From contig NW_003314325.1 in the NCBI RefSeq assembly GCF_000143415.4, positions 336,567 through 400,566 on the forward strand: a stretch of 64,000 nt of DNA, read 5' to 3'. The DNA comes from Selaginella moellendorffii (Eukaryota; Plantae; Lycopodiophyta). A program made the position numbers and the translations under genes. The notes under the pieces were generated by a model, which did not search any database, was not told the origin of the DNA, and was given only the letters and a program-made list of their open reading frames with translations. Shown one piece after another: positions 12,491-23,984 of the stretch (position 1 is its first letter; each line of letters opens with the position of its first letter).

Positions 12491-13370
12491 TTATTCTCCG
12501 CTAGCACGCTTTTCGTTATCATCCCCAATGTCCTGCACGGATAGAGATATCACACTTATCGCCAAACGGAGAGAAAAGAAAAAGATTGTAAAATCCCACC
12601 TTTGTTGACGAGCTCGAGCAATTCTCCTTCTCCTGGATCCGGAAGAGCGAGGCGTAGTACGTTGGATCATAGATCGAGCCACCGAGGATCTGGTCGCTTA
12701 TGGAAGTCTGTCTGGAGTGGAAAGCCGGTGTGCTCTCCACGGAAGTAGCAGCAGTGGGCTGGACGAGCCTCTGGTAGTAACTAGACGGCCGATCTCCACG
12801 AATTGGCAAGCTGTCGATCTTCTCACTGGAGCTCACGCTCTGGATGGAGATCATCGGCTTACGGTCCGAAGCTTCTCGGTGCTGGTTTGGCTGCAAATGT
12901 ACAGGCTAGGACCGTCTCTCGCCATGGATAATCTTGCAGAGAACTCTTTAGAATCTTAGACTCTCGGGGAGAAACAAAACTCTGTGAAGCACGTATGGAA
13001 GTAGCGTGACAACTCAAGAACAAAATGAAAATGCAGCAAACCACGCAAAAACTAAGAAAATCCAGCACGTAAGAAACTTACCTGATCTCCAAGGAGAAGT
13101 ATGCAAGGCACACACTAGCAATGCGGCGTAAGCGCGGCCAAGGGAATGACTCCCACTCTCAATCGCCACAAGAGCAAACAACGCGATTGCTAGATTTGCG
13201 AGCAAGACCCCGGAGGAGATGAAATTGGGGAAGTGGATGGAGATGCAAGGGACACTAATTACCTGGACATAGAGTAAAATCACCGCCAGCGACTGCACTC
13301 GATCGTAGCCCGGAATGTAGTCGATAGCTCCCCTCTTTCCCTAGAACCCTACAAACCCGTTTTATTTTTA
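12491..13370 (-). pseudogene. Inverted TM-gene copy with deletions
   Basis: QSLAVILLYVQ, LLANLAIALFALVAIESG, ILGGSIYDPTYYASLF match 31749-32716. Confidence 0.85.
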
Positions 13371-14064
13371 AATGTCGCTATTGAAAAGAGCTTCCTCGCC
13401 ATATCCTTCGCCATCTTGCGATCAGCTATGGTGGAATTCCCCAAAGCGGTGCTGAATGTAGGAGGAGAGCCCTTCATAGCTGCTGCATTTAGATAGAAGT
13501 TCGAGTTTTTGTGTGTTATTAGCGGCACACATAACCCAAATTTTAGAAGAATCTAGTGATGAAATGTTAAATTTCATTTATCATTGTAAAGACTTACCTA
13601 TTATTTTATTAATGGTCATAATTCACTACAACAATGAAGACACAATATATAGTGAATATAATCAATATGTGAGGGCCAAGTGTACAGCTATATACTAATA
13701 TTAGCGTAGTGGGATTTTAGTAGCCGTCAGATTGATTTCAATCCGAACCACTCGCTCCTGTATATAAGCTAGGGTTTTTGGGTTAATTGATATGCACATT
13801 TTCTGTATTCCCTTTCTATATTCCGAGCACTCACATTGGTGGAGATGAGGGGCACCTTTGATTGTCCCTGAGGAGTGTTTGAATTTGAGATTTTGGTTTA
13901 GATCTAACTTTTTGCATCGTCTAGATCTAGCTTTTTCCATTTCCTTTCTTTTTCTTCCCTTTCAAGATTTTGGTTTAGATCTAACTTTTTGCATTGTCTA
14001 GATCTCCCATTTCCTTCTCGTTTTTTGTCGTTTCCCTTTTTTTGCTCTTTCTTCGTCCGTCTTC

Positions 14065-14997
14065 ATGGCAGATCAGCAATCTCCTCCTTTGACTCTAGAG
14101 TAGCAGTTGGTCTAATTGCTTGATGCTATGCGCTTGCAATTGAACAACCAAACTCAATTGATGGTAGCATTCACGGCACGTGGTCCAACTCCTCCTGCTC
14201 TTGGTGCCAATCCTCGTGTTCGGCCAGAGTTCTTTCGTGGGAATCCTGGGGATGATGTGTACCATTGGTTCGATCACTTCACAGTGATTGCCACATATCA
14301 TTCTTGGGATGATGCTCGACATTTGCGTGAGTTTCCCACATGTCTCCAAGGGACGGCGTTGCAGTGATACAATGGATTGAGTGCGGCCACTCGTGGGGAT
14401 TGGAGTCTTCTTCCAGACGTCTTCAAACGCGCCTTCGAACATGCTGATGATTGTGACGATGCCTTCCAACAATTGCATTGTCTTCGCCAAGGGCCATCCG
14501 AGTCAGTGATGCAATTTGGCGTTCGTTTCCGAAGTCTTTTACTTCGTGCGGAGCCCAATATGTCGGAGCGGATCAAGCTAGGAATGTTGTGGCCAGCACT
14601 TCGTCAAGATCTTGTCGGCCTTGTGCATGCACTTGCTCCTGCCACCCTTGACGATGCTCTTCGTTTGGCACAACGTTATGAAACATCGCCTCTTCCACTT
14701 CTCGCTGCACGTCCTTCCACTCCACTTCCTATGAGTGATGGTCTTGTTCCAATGGAGGTTGATGCTGCTGCTACTCGAGTCCAAGGACAAGGGCGAGGAC
14801 GTGGTTGTGGCCGTGATGTTCGTTGCTGGGCGTGTGATGAAGTTGGTCATACTTATCGGTGTTGTCGGCACTTTCTAGATTGGCGACCTCCATTTCCTGG
14901 GTGGAGACCTTGGCGTCAGCAACGTCCCGTTGGTGCTGCTGCGGTGGAAGGTTTGGACACCGAGGTGCATCCGGGAAACGAGGAGTCGCGCAAGTAA
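14065..14997 (+). pseudogene. gag: gag with premature stops
   Basis: RPEFFRG...WFDHF, LRQGPSESV, VPMEVDA, zinc knuckle CWACDEVGHTYRCC; stops read as CAG>TAG, CAA>TAA, TGG>TGA. Confidence 0.85.
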
Positions 14998-15036
14998 TGG
15001 AGGGACCTTGCGCGAATAAGTTAGTGACCCCTCCAT
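14973..15036 (+). promoter_or_regulatory. Putative programmed -1 ribosomal frameshift signal: slippery G GGA AAC plus H-type pseudoknot
   Basis: GGGAAAC 14973-14979; stem 1 tcgcgcaag 14986-14994 / cttgcgcga 15007-15015; stem 2 atggaggg 14997-15004 / ccctccat 15029-15036. Confidence 0.8.
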
Positions 15037-16502
15037 CTTTCTTTCGGGAGTATCATCAAGGGGTTCACTTGGCACCAGTTCATCCAGTGTTTACTTTCCA
15101 AGCTTGTTTTTATAACAAGAGGTCTCCTATTATTCTCTCCGTGTTGGTTGATACAGGTTCGAGTTTATCTTCTATTGCTCGACCTGTTGCCACACGTTGT
15201 CGTCTACACTTGCGTCGTGCGGCGGATCCAGTTTTCATTCTTTATCTCAACGGCCGTACACATGTATATGCACGAGATGAGGTGGACTTGGTTGTGCATG
15301 TGGGCGATCTCGAGCTTGAGTTGCAGTCGTTGCGGGTGGTGCCGAGTCAAGCTTTTGACCTCATTCTTGGTATGGATTGGTTGCAGCACAATCATGCCAA
15401 GTGTGACTTTGAGGCTTCTCCCCCTTGTCTTATACTTCTTTATGTTTCATCCATTCCTCTCACTTCCGTACCTCTTCGTCCCTTTACTTCTACCTCTGCT
15501 TCCATTACTTTTGTTCCCCCACTATTTCCTCCTATGTTTCCATCTTGTTCTGCTCTTCCCTTTTCCGATCCCTCTGATGATTTTTGTGTTGCAGCTGTTG
15601 ACCGGCTCATGAAGGAGTATTCTAATCTCTTTGATTTTGACCTATTGTCTGGGGCCAAGATTGCCACACGTCATTCGATTCCAACCGGGGATGCTCGTCC
15701 AATCAAAGTTCCTGCTCGTCGTCGGTCACCCAAGGAGATCAAGATTTTACGTGCAAACGTTAAGGAGATGTTGGAGAAGGGTGTTATTCGGAAGTCGCGG
15801 AGTCCTTGGGCATGTGAACCTCATCTTGTGACAAAGCCTGATGGGAGTATTCGTTTCTGCATCGACTATCATCCGTTAAATGAAGTGACGATCCTGGATG
15901 TGTACCCTCTTCCTCACACTGCTGATCTCTTGGATCGCCTAGGGCGAAGTCGTTGGTTCACCAAGCTAGATCTTGCTTCTGGGTACTGGCAAGTACCGAT
16001 GGCCGCAGAAGGTATTCCTACGACTACTTTTCATACACCGTTTGGTTTGTACGAGTTCTTGGTGATGCCGTTTGGTTTGAACAATGCTCCAGCAACTTTC
16101 CAGCGGATGATGGACGAGGTTCTTTGTGATATGCCAGAGGTGACTGCCGACTTCATTGATGATGTCTTGATTCACTCAGAGGGGACGTGGGAGGAGCACG
16201 TTTGTGATGTTTGTAAAGTGTTGGATCGGCTACGCGATGTTGGTTTAAAGCTGAAGTGGTCGAAGTGCGTGTTTGGGTCCAAGGATACAACTTATCTTGG
16301 GTATCATATTTCTCGTGAGGGTTTGCAAGTTGATCCTGACAAACTTGTGGCTGTTCTAAAGTTCCCTACTCCGACATGTGTGAATGATGTGCAACGCTTC
16401 TTGGGCAAGGTGCAATATCTCGGTCGTTTTGTGGATCATCTTTCTGATCGCACTACATCATTGCGAGCGTTGTTGAAGTTGTCAACATCATCTTTCATCT
16501 GG

Positions 16503-16618
16503 TCTCCGGATTGTGAGCGGGCATTCGGGGATCTTAAAGAGCTATTGACGACTCCTCCGGTCTCCGGATTGTGAGCGGGCATTCGGGGATCTTAAAGAGC
16601 TATTGACGACTCCTCCGG
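16503..16618 (+). repeat. Exact 58-bp tandem duplication frameshifting pol
   Basis: tctccggattgtgagcggg...gactcctccgg twice. Confidence 0.9.
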
Positions 16619-18544
16619 TTTTGGCATATCCTGACTACACTCGACCTTTTATTTTACGCGTGGATGCTTTTGACATTGGTCTTGGAGGTGTGTTGATGCA
16701 AGAGAGCTCGAGTGTGCCTGGTCAGCGCCATCCTATTGCGTATATAAGCCGTACATTACAACCAGCGGAGATGAACTATTCCACGACGGAGAATGAGTGT
16801 TTAGCAGCAGTTTGGGGTTTCGAGAAACTTCATGCATATCTACATGGTTCTCGGACGTTACTTGAGGGTGACCATGCTACTGTTACTTTATTATTGAAGT
16901 GGAAGAACCTGGTTGGTCGTACTGCTCGGTGGGCTTTGAAGCTTCAGATATATGATTTTGATGTTGTTCATCGCCCAGGGAGTTCTATGGCTGATGCTGA
17001 TGCCCTTTCTCGAGCTCCTCTTCCTTCTTCACTCACTTCTCATGTTTCTGACGAGCTTGTTGTTCCAGCATCTGTGGATTTTCTAGACGAGGATTCTGTG
17101 CCGTCGGCGGTTGCTGTCCTTGACGTTCAGTGTCCACAAGGCGCAGAGCAGGATCTACCTTCTCTTGATGATGTTCGCGAGGCTCAAAAGATTGAGCCGT
17201 GGATTCAAAGGCTTCGAGATGGGTTTGAGAATCCTGCATCACTTGCTGATGACTTACCTTTTCGGCATTTACATTCTCAATATCGCCTTGAAGATGGCCT
17301 TCTTTATTTTGTGGGGACGGATCCTAATGATCATTTACGGCTGGTGGTGCCTTCTGTCTTTATTCCGCGGTTTCTCCATGCTTACCATGATTCTCCTGTT
17401 CTAGGTGGGCATATGGGACATCGTCGTGTAACCGAGAAGCTGCACAGGTCTTTTTACTGGCCAGAGATGCGACGTGATGTTATCCGGTATGTGCGTAGCT
17501 GCGTTTGGTGCTAAGCTCGTAATACTCCCCCTCGTGCTGCGGAAGGACGATTGGAGTCAATTGCGGTTTCCCGTCCGTTTGAGTTGGTGGCGTTTGATCT
17601 TATGGGACCTTTTCCACGGTCAACTGTTGGCAATGAGTATGTTATTATTGCTTCTGAATACTTGACTCGTTGGGTGGAAGTTGGTGCTCTTGCTAGCGCC
17701 TCTGCAACTGCTGTTGGCTACTTCCTCCTCAATCGAGTGGTGTTCCAGCATTCTTGTCCAGAGCGGATTCTTTCGGATAATGGTCCCGCATTTATGGCTG
17801 AGGTATTTCATGTTTTGACGTCTCGGTTGGGGATACGCCACACTTTCACGAGTGCTTATCATCCACAATCAGATGGTCTAGTGGAGCGGCTCGTTTGGAC
17901 ATTCAAAGGGATGATTGCGAAGTATGTGAACTTTCAGCATTCGGATTAAGATGGTTATTTGCCGTCTTTTCGGTATGCATATGTCACAGGGGTGCAAAGT
18001 TCTGTTGATGCTTCACCATATAAACTCCTATATGGTCATGATCCAATATTACCAACGGAGCTAGGTTTACCTTCGCGATTGCCACGAGCTGCCGATGCTA
18101 GGTCGTGGGATCAGTATTTGATGAGCATTCTTCCACTTGTCCGAGCAGAGTCTGCCGAACACTTAGGCCGCGTACAAGTGGGACAACAACAGTGCTACAA
18201 CTCTCATCATCGTCCACCTACGGAGTACAAAGTGGATGATTTGGTGTTAGTCCGTTTTCCCCATCTTACGGTACGTGGTTTATCTAAGGGACTTCTTGCG
18301 CAGTGGAAAGGACCGTATTGTGAGACACAAAATCCCTAGGGCCCAAAGTGGAGCCGGAAGGGCGCCACGTGGTAGTGGCCAAAGCGAGAGCCAAACGAGC
18401 GTAACACGTTTGGACCAAAAGCTCCGACTTGAAAGTCAAGAGCGGGAGTGGAACTCCCAATGAAGTGCTTGAGGAATGAGCACGAAGCGAGCCATAGGCG
18501 AGGCTCCAAAAAGGGACCCAAAAAGGACCAACACATGACACGTG

Positions 18545-19385
18545 GAAGTGTCCGAGATGGACCCGAGTTGGGGTCCGAAGTGGAGTCCGAGATGGACCCG
18601 AGTTGGAGTCCGAAGTGGAGTCCGAAGTGGAGTCCGAGAAGGACCCGAGATGGAGTCCGAGATGGACCTGAGATGGAGTCTAAGATGGAGCCGAGATGGA
18701 GTCCGAGGTGGACCCGAGATGGAGTCCGAGATGGACCCGAGATGGACCCGAGTTGGAGTCCGAAGTGGGGTCCGAGATGGAGTCCGAGATGGATCCGAGA
18801 TGGAGTCCGAGATGGAGTCCGAGATGGACCCGAGATGGAGTCCGAGATGGACCCGAGATGGAGTCCGAGATGGAGTCCGAGATGGACCCAAGACGGAGTC
18901 CGAGATGGAACCAAGACCGAGACCGAGGCCGAGACCGAGACCGAGACCGAGACCGAGTCCGAGCTGGAACCAAGACCGAGACCAGGCCAGACCAGGCCGA
19001 ACTGAGACCGAGTTCGAGACCNNNNNNNNNNNNNNNNNNNNNNNNNNNNNNNNNNNNNNNNNNNNNNNNNNNNNNNNNNNNNNNNNNNNNNNNNNNNNNN
19101 NNNNNNNNNNNNNNNNNNNNNNNNNNNNNNNNNNNNNNNNNNNNNNNNNNNNNNNNNNNNNNNNNNNNNNNNNNNNNNNNNNNNNNNNNNNNNNNNNNNN
19201 NNNNNNNNNNNNNNNNNNNNNNNNNNNNNNNNNNNNNNNNNNNNNNNNNNNNNNNNNNNNNNNNNNNNNNNNNNNNNNNNNNNNNNNNNNNNNNNNNNNN
19301 NNNNNNNNGAGACCGAGACCGAGACTGAGTTTGAAACCGGGACCGAGTCCGAGTCCGAGTCCGAGCTGGAGCCGGAGTCAGAGTT
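18545..19385 (+). repeat. 6/12-bp tandem array (GATGGAGTCCGA, GATGGACCCGA, GAGACC) inside the solo LTR
   Basis: Directly visible; spans the N gap. Confidence 0.9.
19022..19308. other. Assembly gap
   Basis: Run of N. Confidence 1.
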
Positions 19386-21628
19386 TGAATACTAATACAG
19401 GCAGTTGGGAGAAAGCCCAAAGCGATTGTCCCCCAGGGGGGGGGGGGGGGGGGGGCTGCGGGGGGTTCCAAAAGTATAGTAGGGAGAGTGTGGGGGTTGG
19501 AGCCCAGTGGAGCCAGTTTGGCCAGGAAAGGCCAGTTTGGCCCAGGAAGGCCAGACCCAGTGTTGGGTGATGAGCTGACCACTGGGAAGTCCAAGACTAG
19601 AGTGAACACAGACCAACAAGCGGGGTAGCTTGGTGAAGTGTTCAAGAGCCGGCTCTAGTTCCCCCGGGAGATCGACTGGCCGATGCTCCCAGTTCAAGTG
19701 TGGGTGGCACTACCTACTTGGATATCAGGTGTGGCTCAACGGAACCTCGCTCTAAGCCCATGGCTAGAGCACCCAAGGGTGGAAGGCGGGGAGAGTACCC
19801 AGGTGGCTCGCGTAAGGCCACAGTGTTCCAAAATGTTGTCCCAAAGGCCCAGACTGTGGAAAGGAAGAGGAGCAGTCCTCTAGGGTAGTGACCAAGGACA
19901 CAGTCGTGTGGTGAGGAAGTCCCAGAGGACCGTGGGACTTAGTGGTCGGGCCTGTGGGCCTCGATCCAGTGGCAGTGTTGGCGAACACGGCCATGGTCGA
20001 AAAGGGACTTAGTGGGGACTGGAATGGAGATATTGGGGAAGGCTATTCCCCTTGTCGGTGGGCATCTTAAGGATGCTAAGGAGTGGATCTGAGATGACCA
20101 CTCATAGATGGTTTGCCTAGTCTTGGAGAGCCAAGACTGTGATGCAAGTGGTATTGGACTACCAATGTGGCAAAGGTGATTGGGCATGGCCTTAGCGTAA
20201 GAAGCTGCCATGTCGGTGGTGCCTTTGAGTGTCGGTCATGGGATCGGACATGTGGAGCACTTGGACCAAGTGCAAATGTTGAGTGGCATGGATGCCATTC
20301 TCGGGGCTAGCAAGTCCCAAGTCCTGAATTGGACTTGTGGAGGTTGTGAATGAGACTCCTCCAAGTGGTCGGAGGTGTGGTTAAGTGACTAAAGTAGAAT
20401 GGAAAATTTAGTCGCTTACACGTATCAGGTGTTGCGGCAAGTTGGACCACAAGTTTATGAGGTTCAACATAACGTTCAGCAAGCTAATCCTCTAGAGATT
20501 GTGCATGTGCAGCGACTGAAAGTCTTCGTACAAAGGGATCAGGAGGAGTTAATACCACCTACAGATCCACTGGTGCCTCCTCCTGATGTTCCTCCAGATC
20601 CCGGCCCATCTACAAGAGAACCCTGATGGTCTTCCATTATTCCGAGAGGAAGGGATGATGTGAGGGCCAAGTGTACGGCTACGATGCCGTATACTAATAT
20701 TAGAGTAGTGGGATTTTGGTAGCCGTCGGATTGGTTTCAATCCGGACCACTTGCTCCTGTATATAAGCTAGGGTTTTTGGGCTAATTAATATGCACATTT
20801 TCTGTATTCCCTTTCCATATTCCGAGCACTCACAAATATAATATATTTTCAAGTTTTCTGATTAGTGGTTATATTGATATTCTATTTCATCAACTAAATT
20901 TGTTATTAAATTAGCATAATAATTACAACTTTAAATAATTAATAATATTAATTAAAGGATGTAATAAGGTTGGGTTATATTCAGATAATAAATATAGTTT
21001 TATATTTAGTGATTCAAATGATTATAATTTTATTATATATTTTTCGTGTCAGAATACATTTAGTTAAATGAAAAGTTCCATAAAAAATCATTCTAATAAA
21101 ATTAAAATTTGAAATTATTTGATAACATAATTTTTGGTTTGCTTTAAAAAACTTATAGGATGTAATGAATATGCCTAGAATGTCCAAGAATATCATTTTT
21201 TAATCTAACGGTTGTGATTTTCTCCTCTTGGTAATCAAGATTTAATATTAATATTATTACTTACCTAATATAAATTATTTTTATTTTTATAATTATATAT
21301 ATTATATTTTGGTTTGCTTAAGCAAAACCGGAACTAGGATGGCAGTGAATATACCTAGAATATGCCTAATAAATTCTAGGATATTCTACCATCTAATTTT
21401 GTTATTCATTTAGATTAATTTTCTATTTATAATTTATAAACTTTCCTAAACACTTCCTAGTATATTCCTTTTATTCTACCATCTAATGGTTAATATGCAA
21501 TAATATTAATCTTGATTTATAAATTATAAACATGTTTATAATTATTTATCGATTAGATTATTCAATAATTTTCTATGCGTTGCATGTAACAATGTTTGGT
21601 TTGCTTAATAGTAATGTCATTGAATAAT

Positions 21629-22643
21629 TGTAACGCATGTGATCATGGGATGAGATTTGGATATACTGTCACCGTGGATCCTTGGAACCTTGGGGGATAA
21701 ATGGAGATAAAATAACCACTAAGGGCTCTCTCATCAAGCAATTGCCCCTTTTCCAGTTGGCTTAAGGGGAGAGAGATAAGGTGCACTAGAGTTGGTATCA
21801 GAGCAAATGGCGCAGGTTCGATTCCCATTGATTAGTGGCTACTTAAAAGTATAATATACCCTTGAGCAAGGTATATTCCTACCCCTAAATTTGAAATCAT
21901 ACGTATTGGGCATCCATGCATACGTCCTTCCTCTTGTGTGGAGTATCCACGGACGAAGGTATCTACCGTGGGACTGCGGTACGGGTGGATGACTAGTTAC
22001 CTCACATAGAATAACTAGTCTACACAATGGAAGAATTGGTAGATTGAGTGCGAAAATGGAGGTGCTGGTTCCCCATTAAATGAGGATAAAATAGCCACTA
22101 AATAGTCAATAAGGACATTGACATCTCTAAATGGGGGGTGAGTGTAGCACATGTGATCATGGGATGAGATTTGGATATACTGTCACCGTGGATCCTTGGA
22201 ACCTTGGGGGATAAATGGGGATAAAATAGCCACTAAATAGTCAATAAGGACATTGACATCTCTAAAGGGGGGGTGAGTGTAACGCATGTGATCATGGGAT
22301 GAGATTTGGATATACTGTCACCGTGGATCCTTGGAACCTTGGGGGATAAATGGGGATAAAATAGCCACTAAGGGCTCTCTATACTGTCACCGTGGATCCT
22401 TGGAACCTTGGGGGATAAATGGGGATAAAATAGCCACTAAATAGTCAATAAGGACATTGACATCTCTAAAGGGGGGGTGAGTGTAACGCATGTGATCATG
22501 GGATGAGATTTGGATATACTGTCACCGTGGATCCTTGGAACCTTGGGGGATAAATGGGGATAAAATAGCCACTAAGGGCTCTCTCATCAAGCAATTGCCC
22601 CTTTTCCAGTTGGCTTAAGGGGAGAGAGATAAGGTGCGCTACA
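21629..22643 (+). mobile_element. TRIM (non-autonomous miniature LTR element); 162-bp LTRs 21629-21790 and 22482-22643; Met PBS; 5-bp TSD ATAAT; internal tandem LTR/PPT repeats
   Basis: tggtatcagagc at 21793; PPT aaagggggggtgag before TG; ataat on both flanks; no coding capacity. Confidence 0.9.
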
Positions 22644-22702
22644 ATAATCCAATTGATCAATACTATATAAACATGTTTATAATTTATAAATCAAGTTTAA
22701 TC

Positions 22703-22802
22703 NNNNNNNNNNNNNNNNNNNNNNNNNNNNNNNNNNNNNNNNNNNNNNNNNNNNNNNNNNNNNNNNNNNNNNNNNNNNNNNNNNNNNNNNNNNNNNNNNN
22801 NN
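22703..22802. other. Assembly gap
   Basis: Run of 100 N. Confidence 1.
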
Positions 22803-23114
22803 AAAAGGGAAAAGGAAGGATAAGACGGCAGGCAGCCAACTTGTTTGACATACCTGATGCGTCGCCGTTAGTTTTCTCTCACTCCTCTAAATAATTACAC
22901 ATAGACTTTTATTTTATAATTCCTTGCTTAATAATTAGAGTTTAGTCTTTGAAGAGCACTTTCCACACATGTAACTCTTAAATAAAGCATCAAAACAATC
23001 TTAATAAAAATTACACAATATTCTTAGCCACTACCATAGCTAATCGAGAAGAGAAGGCCCAAGATGGCAAAGGATATGGTGAGGAAGCTCTTTTCAATAG
23101 CGACATTTAAAAAT

Positions 23115-23750
23115 CAAACGGGTTTGTAGGGTTCTAGGAAGACGGGGGAGCTATCGACTACATTCAGGGCTACGATCGAGTGCAGTTGGTGGCAGTGATT
23201 TTACTCTCTGTCCAGGTAATTTAGTGTACCTTGCATCTCCATCCACTTCCCCCAATTTCATCTCCTGCTGCCACACGGCTCCCTTTGGCACGCTCTTCGC
23301 GTTGTTTGCTTTTGTGGCGATTGAGAGTGGGAGTCAAACCCTTGGCCGCGCTTATGCCGCATTCCTAGTGTGTGCCTTGCTTCTCGACATACTTTGGTTT
23401 ATTTTCTTCTCCTATGATATCAGGTAAGTTTCTTACGTGCTATTTCTTCTTGGTTTGCTCTTTTTTTCTTTTGTTGTTGTTCTTTAATCTAAGAGACTTG
23501 TCACGCTCGTGCTTTACAGTGTTTTGTTTCTCCTCGAGAGTTTCTTTATTCTAAGATTCTAAAGAGTTTTCTCTACGTGCAGGCATTACGGCCTATCTCC
23601 ACGAATTGGCACGCTGTCGATCTTCTCGCTGGAGCTCGCGCTATGGATGGAGATCATCGGCTTCACGGTCCGGAGCTTCTTGGCACTGGTTTGGCTGCAA
23701 ATGTACCGGCTAGGACCGTCTCTCGCCACAGATAGTCTCGCTAGTTACTA
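23115..23750 (+). pseudogene. Truncated TM-gene copy
   Basis: Matches 31710-32430 (VAIESGSQTLGRAYAA; MEIIGFTVRSF) and then diverges. Confidence 0.8.
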
Positions 23751-23984
23751 TGTTGTTACTGTCACTACTTCTGTTTTCTTCGCTCACCTCGAAGCCTTTG
23801 AGAAGAAGAAGAAGAAAGCTTGCTCGCATTTTCCCAGACGTCATGGTCAGCCCCATCCACCTCAATCTCCAAAGGAACTATTACAACCAATGGCAAGCTC
23901 TTCTTGAAACAAGTGGTGAGAATCTATTTTTCTTAGATTTTTTAGACGGACCGGTTCGGCAACTCCTCTTTATTATGATAAATT

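Larger units (their letters stand above)
18319..20420 (+). mobile_element. Nested solo LTR (~2.1 kb including a gap) of a second family; 5-bp TSD CGTAT
   Basis: TG...CA ends; cgtat at 18314-18318 and 20421-20425; host integrase frame resumes after it. Confidence 0.85.
14973..20626 (+). pseudogene. pol: pol (protease, RT, RNase H, integrase) in the -1 frame relative to gag; disrupted by a 58-bp duplication, stops and a nested solo LTR
   Basis: LVDTGS; KPDGSIRFCIDY; LDLASGYWQ; MPFGLNNAPATFQR; FIDD; RVDAFDIGLGGVL; H-H-C-C; DLMGP, SDNG, DGLVER; WKGPY|QVLRQVGPQVYEV. Confidence 0.92.
13668..20834 (+). mobile_element. Ty3/gypsy LTR retrotransposon (no chromodomain seen); LTRs 13668-13835 and 20659-20834; tRNA-Ala-type PBS; PPT; 4-bp TSD AATA
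   Basis: TG...CA LTRs; PBS tggtggagatg at 13837; PPT gagaggaagggatga; order gag-PR-RT-RH-INT; empty site in the paralogous spacer at ~30455. Confidence 0.95.

Noticed and set aside
18336-19645. Several long ORFs on both strands (SPRW/EMES repeats)
   Set aside because: Artefacts of a stop-poor 12-bp tandem array and an N gap inside an LTR
21629-22643. Cassandra element
   Set aside because: No recognisable 5S rRNA segment in the 162-bp LTR; kept as a generic TRIM
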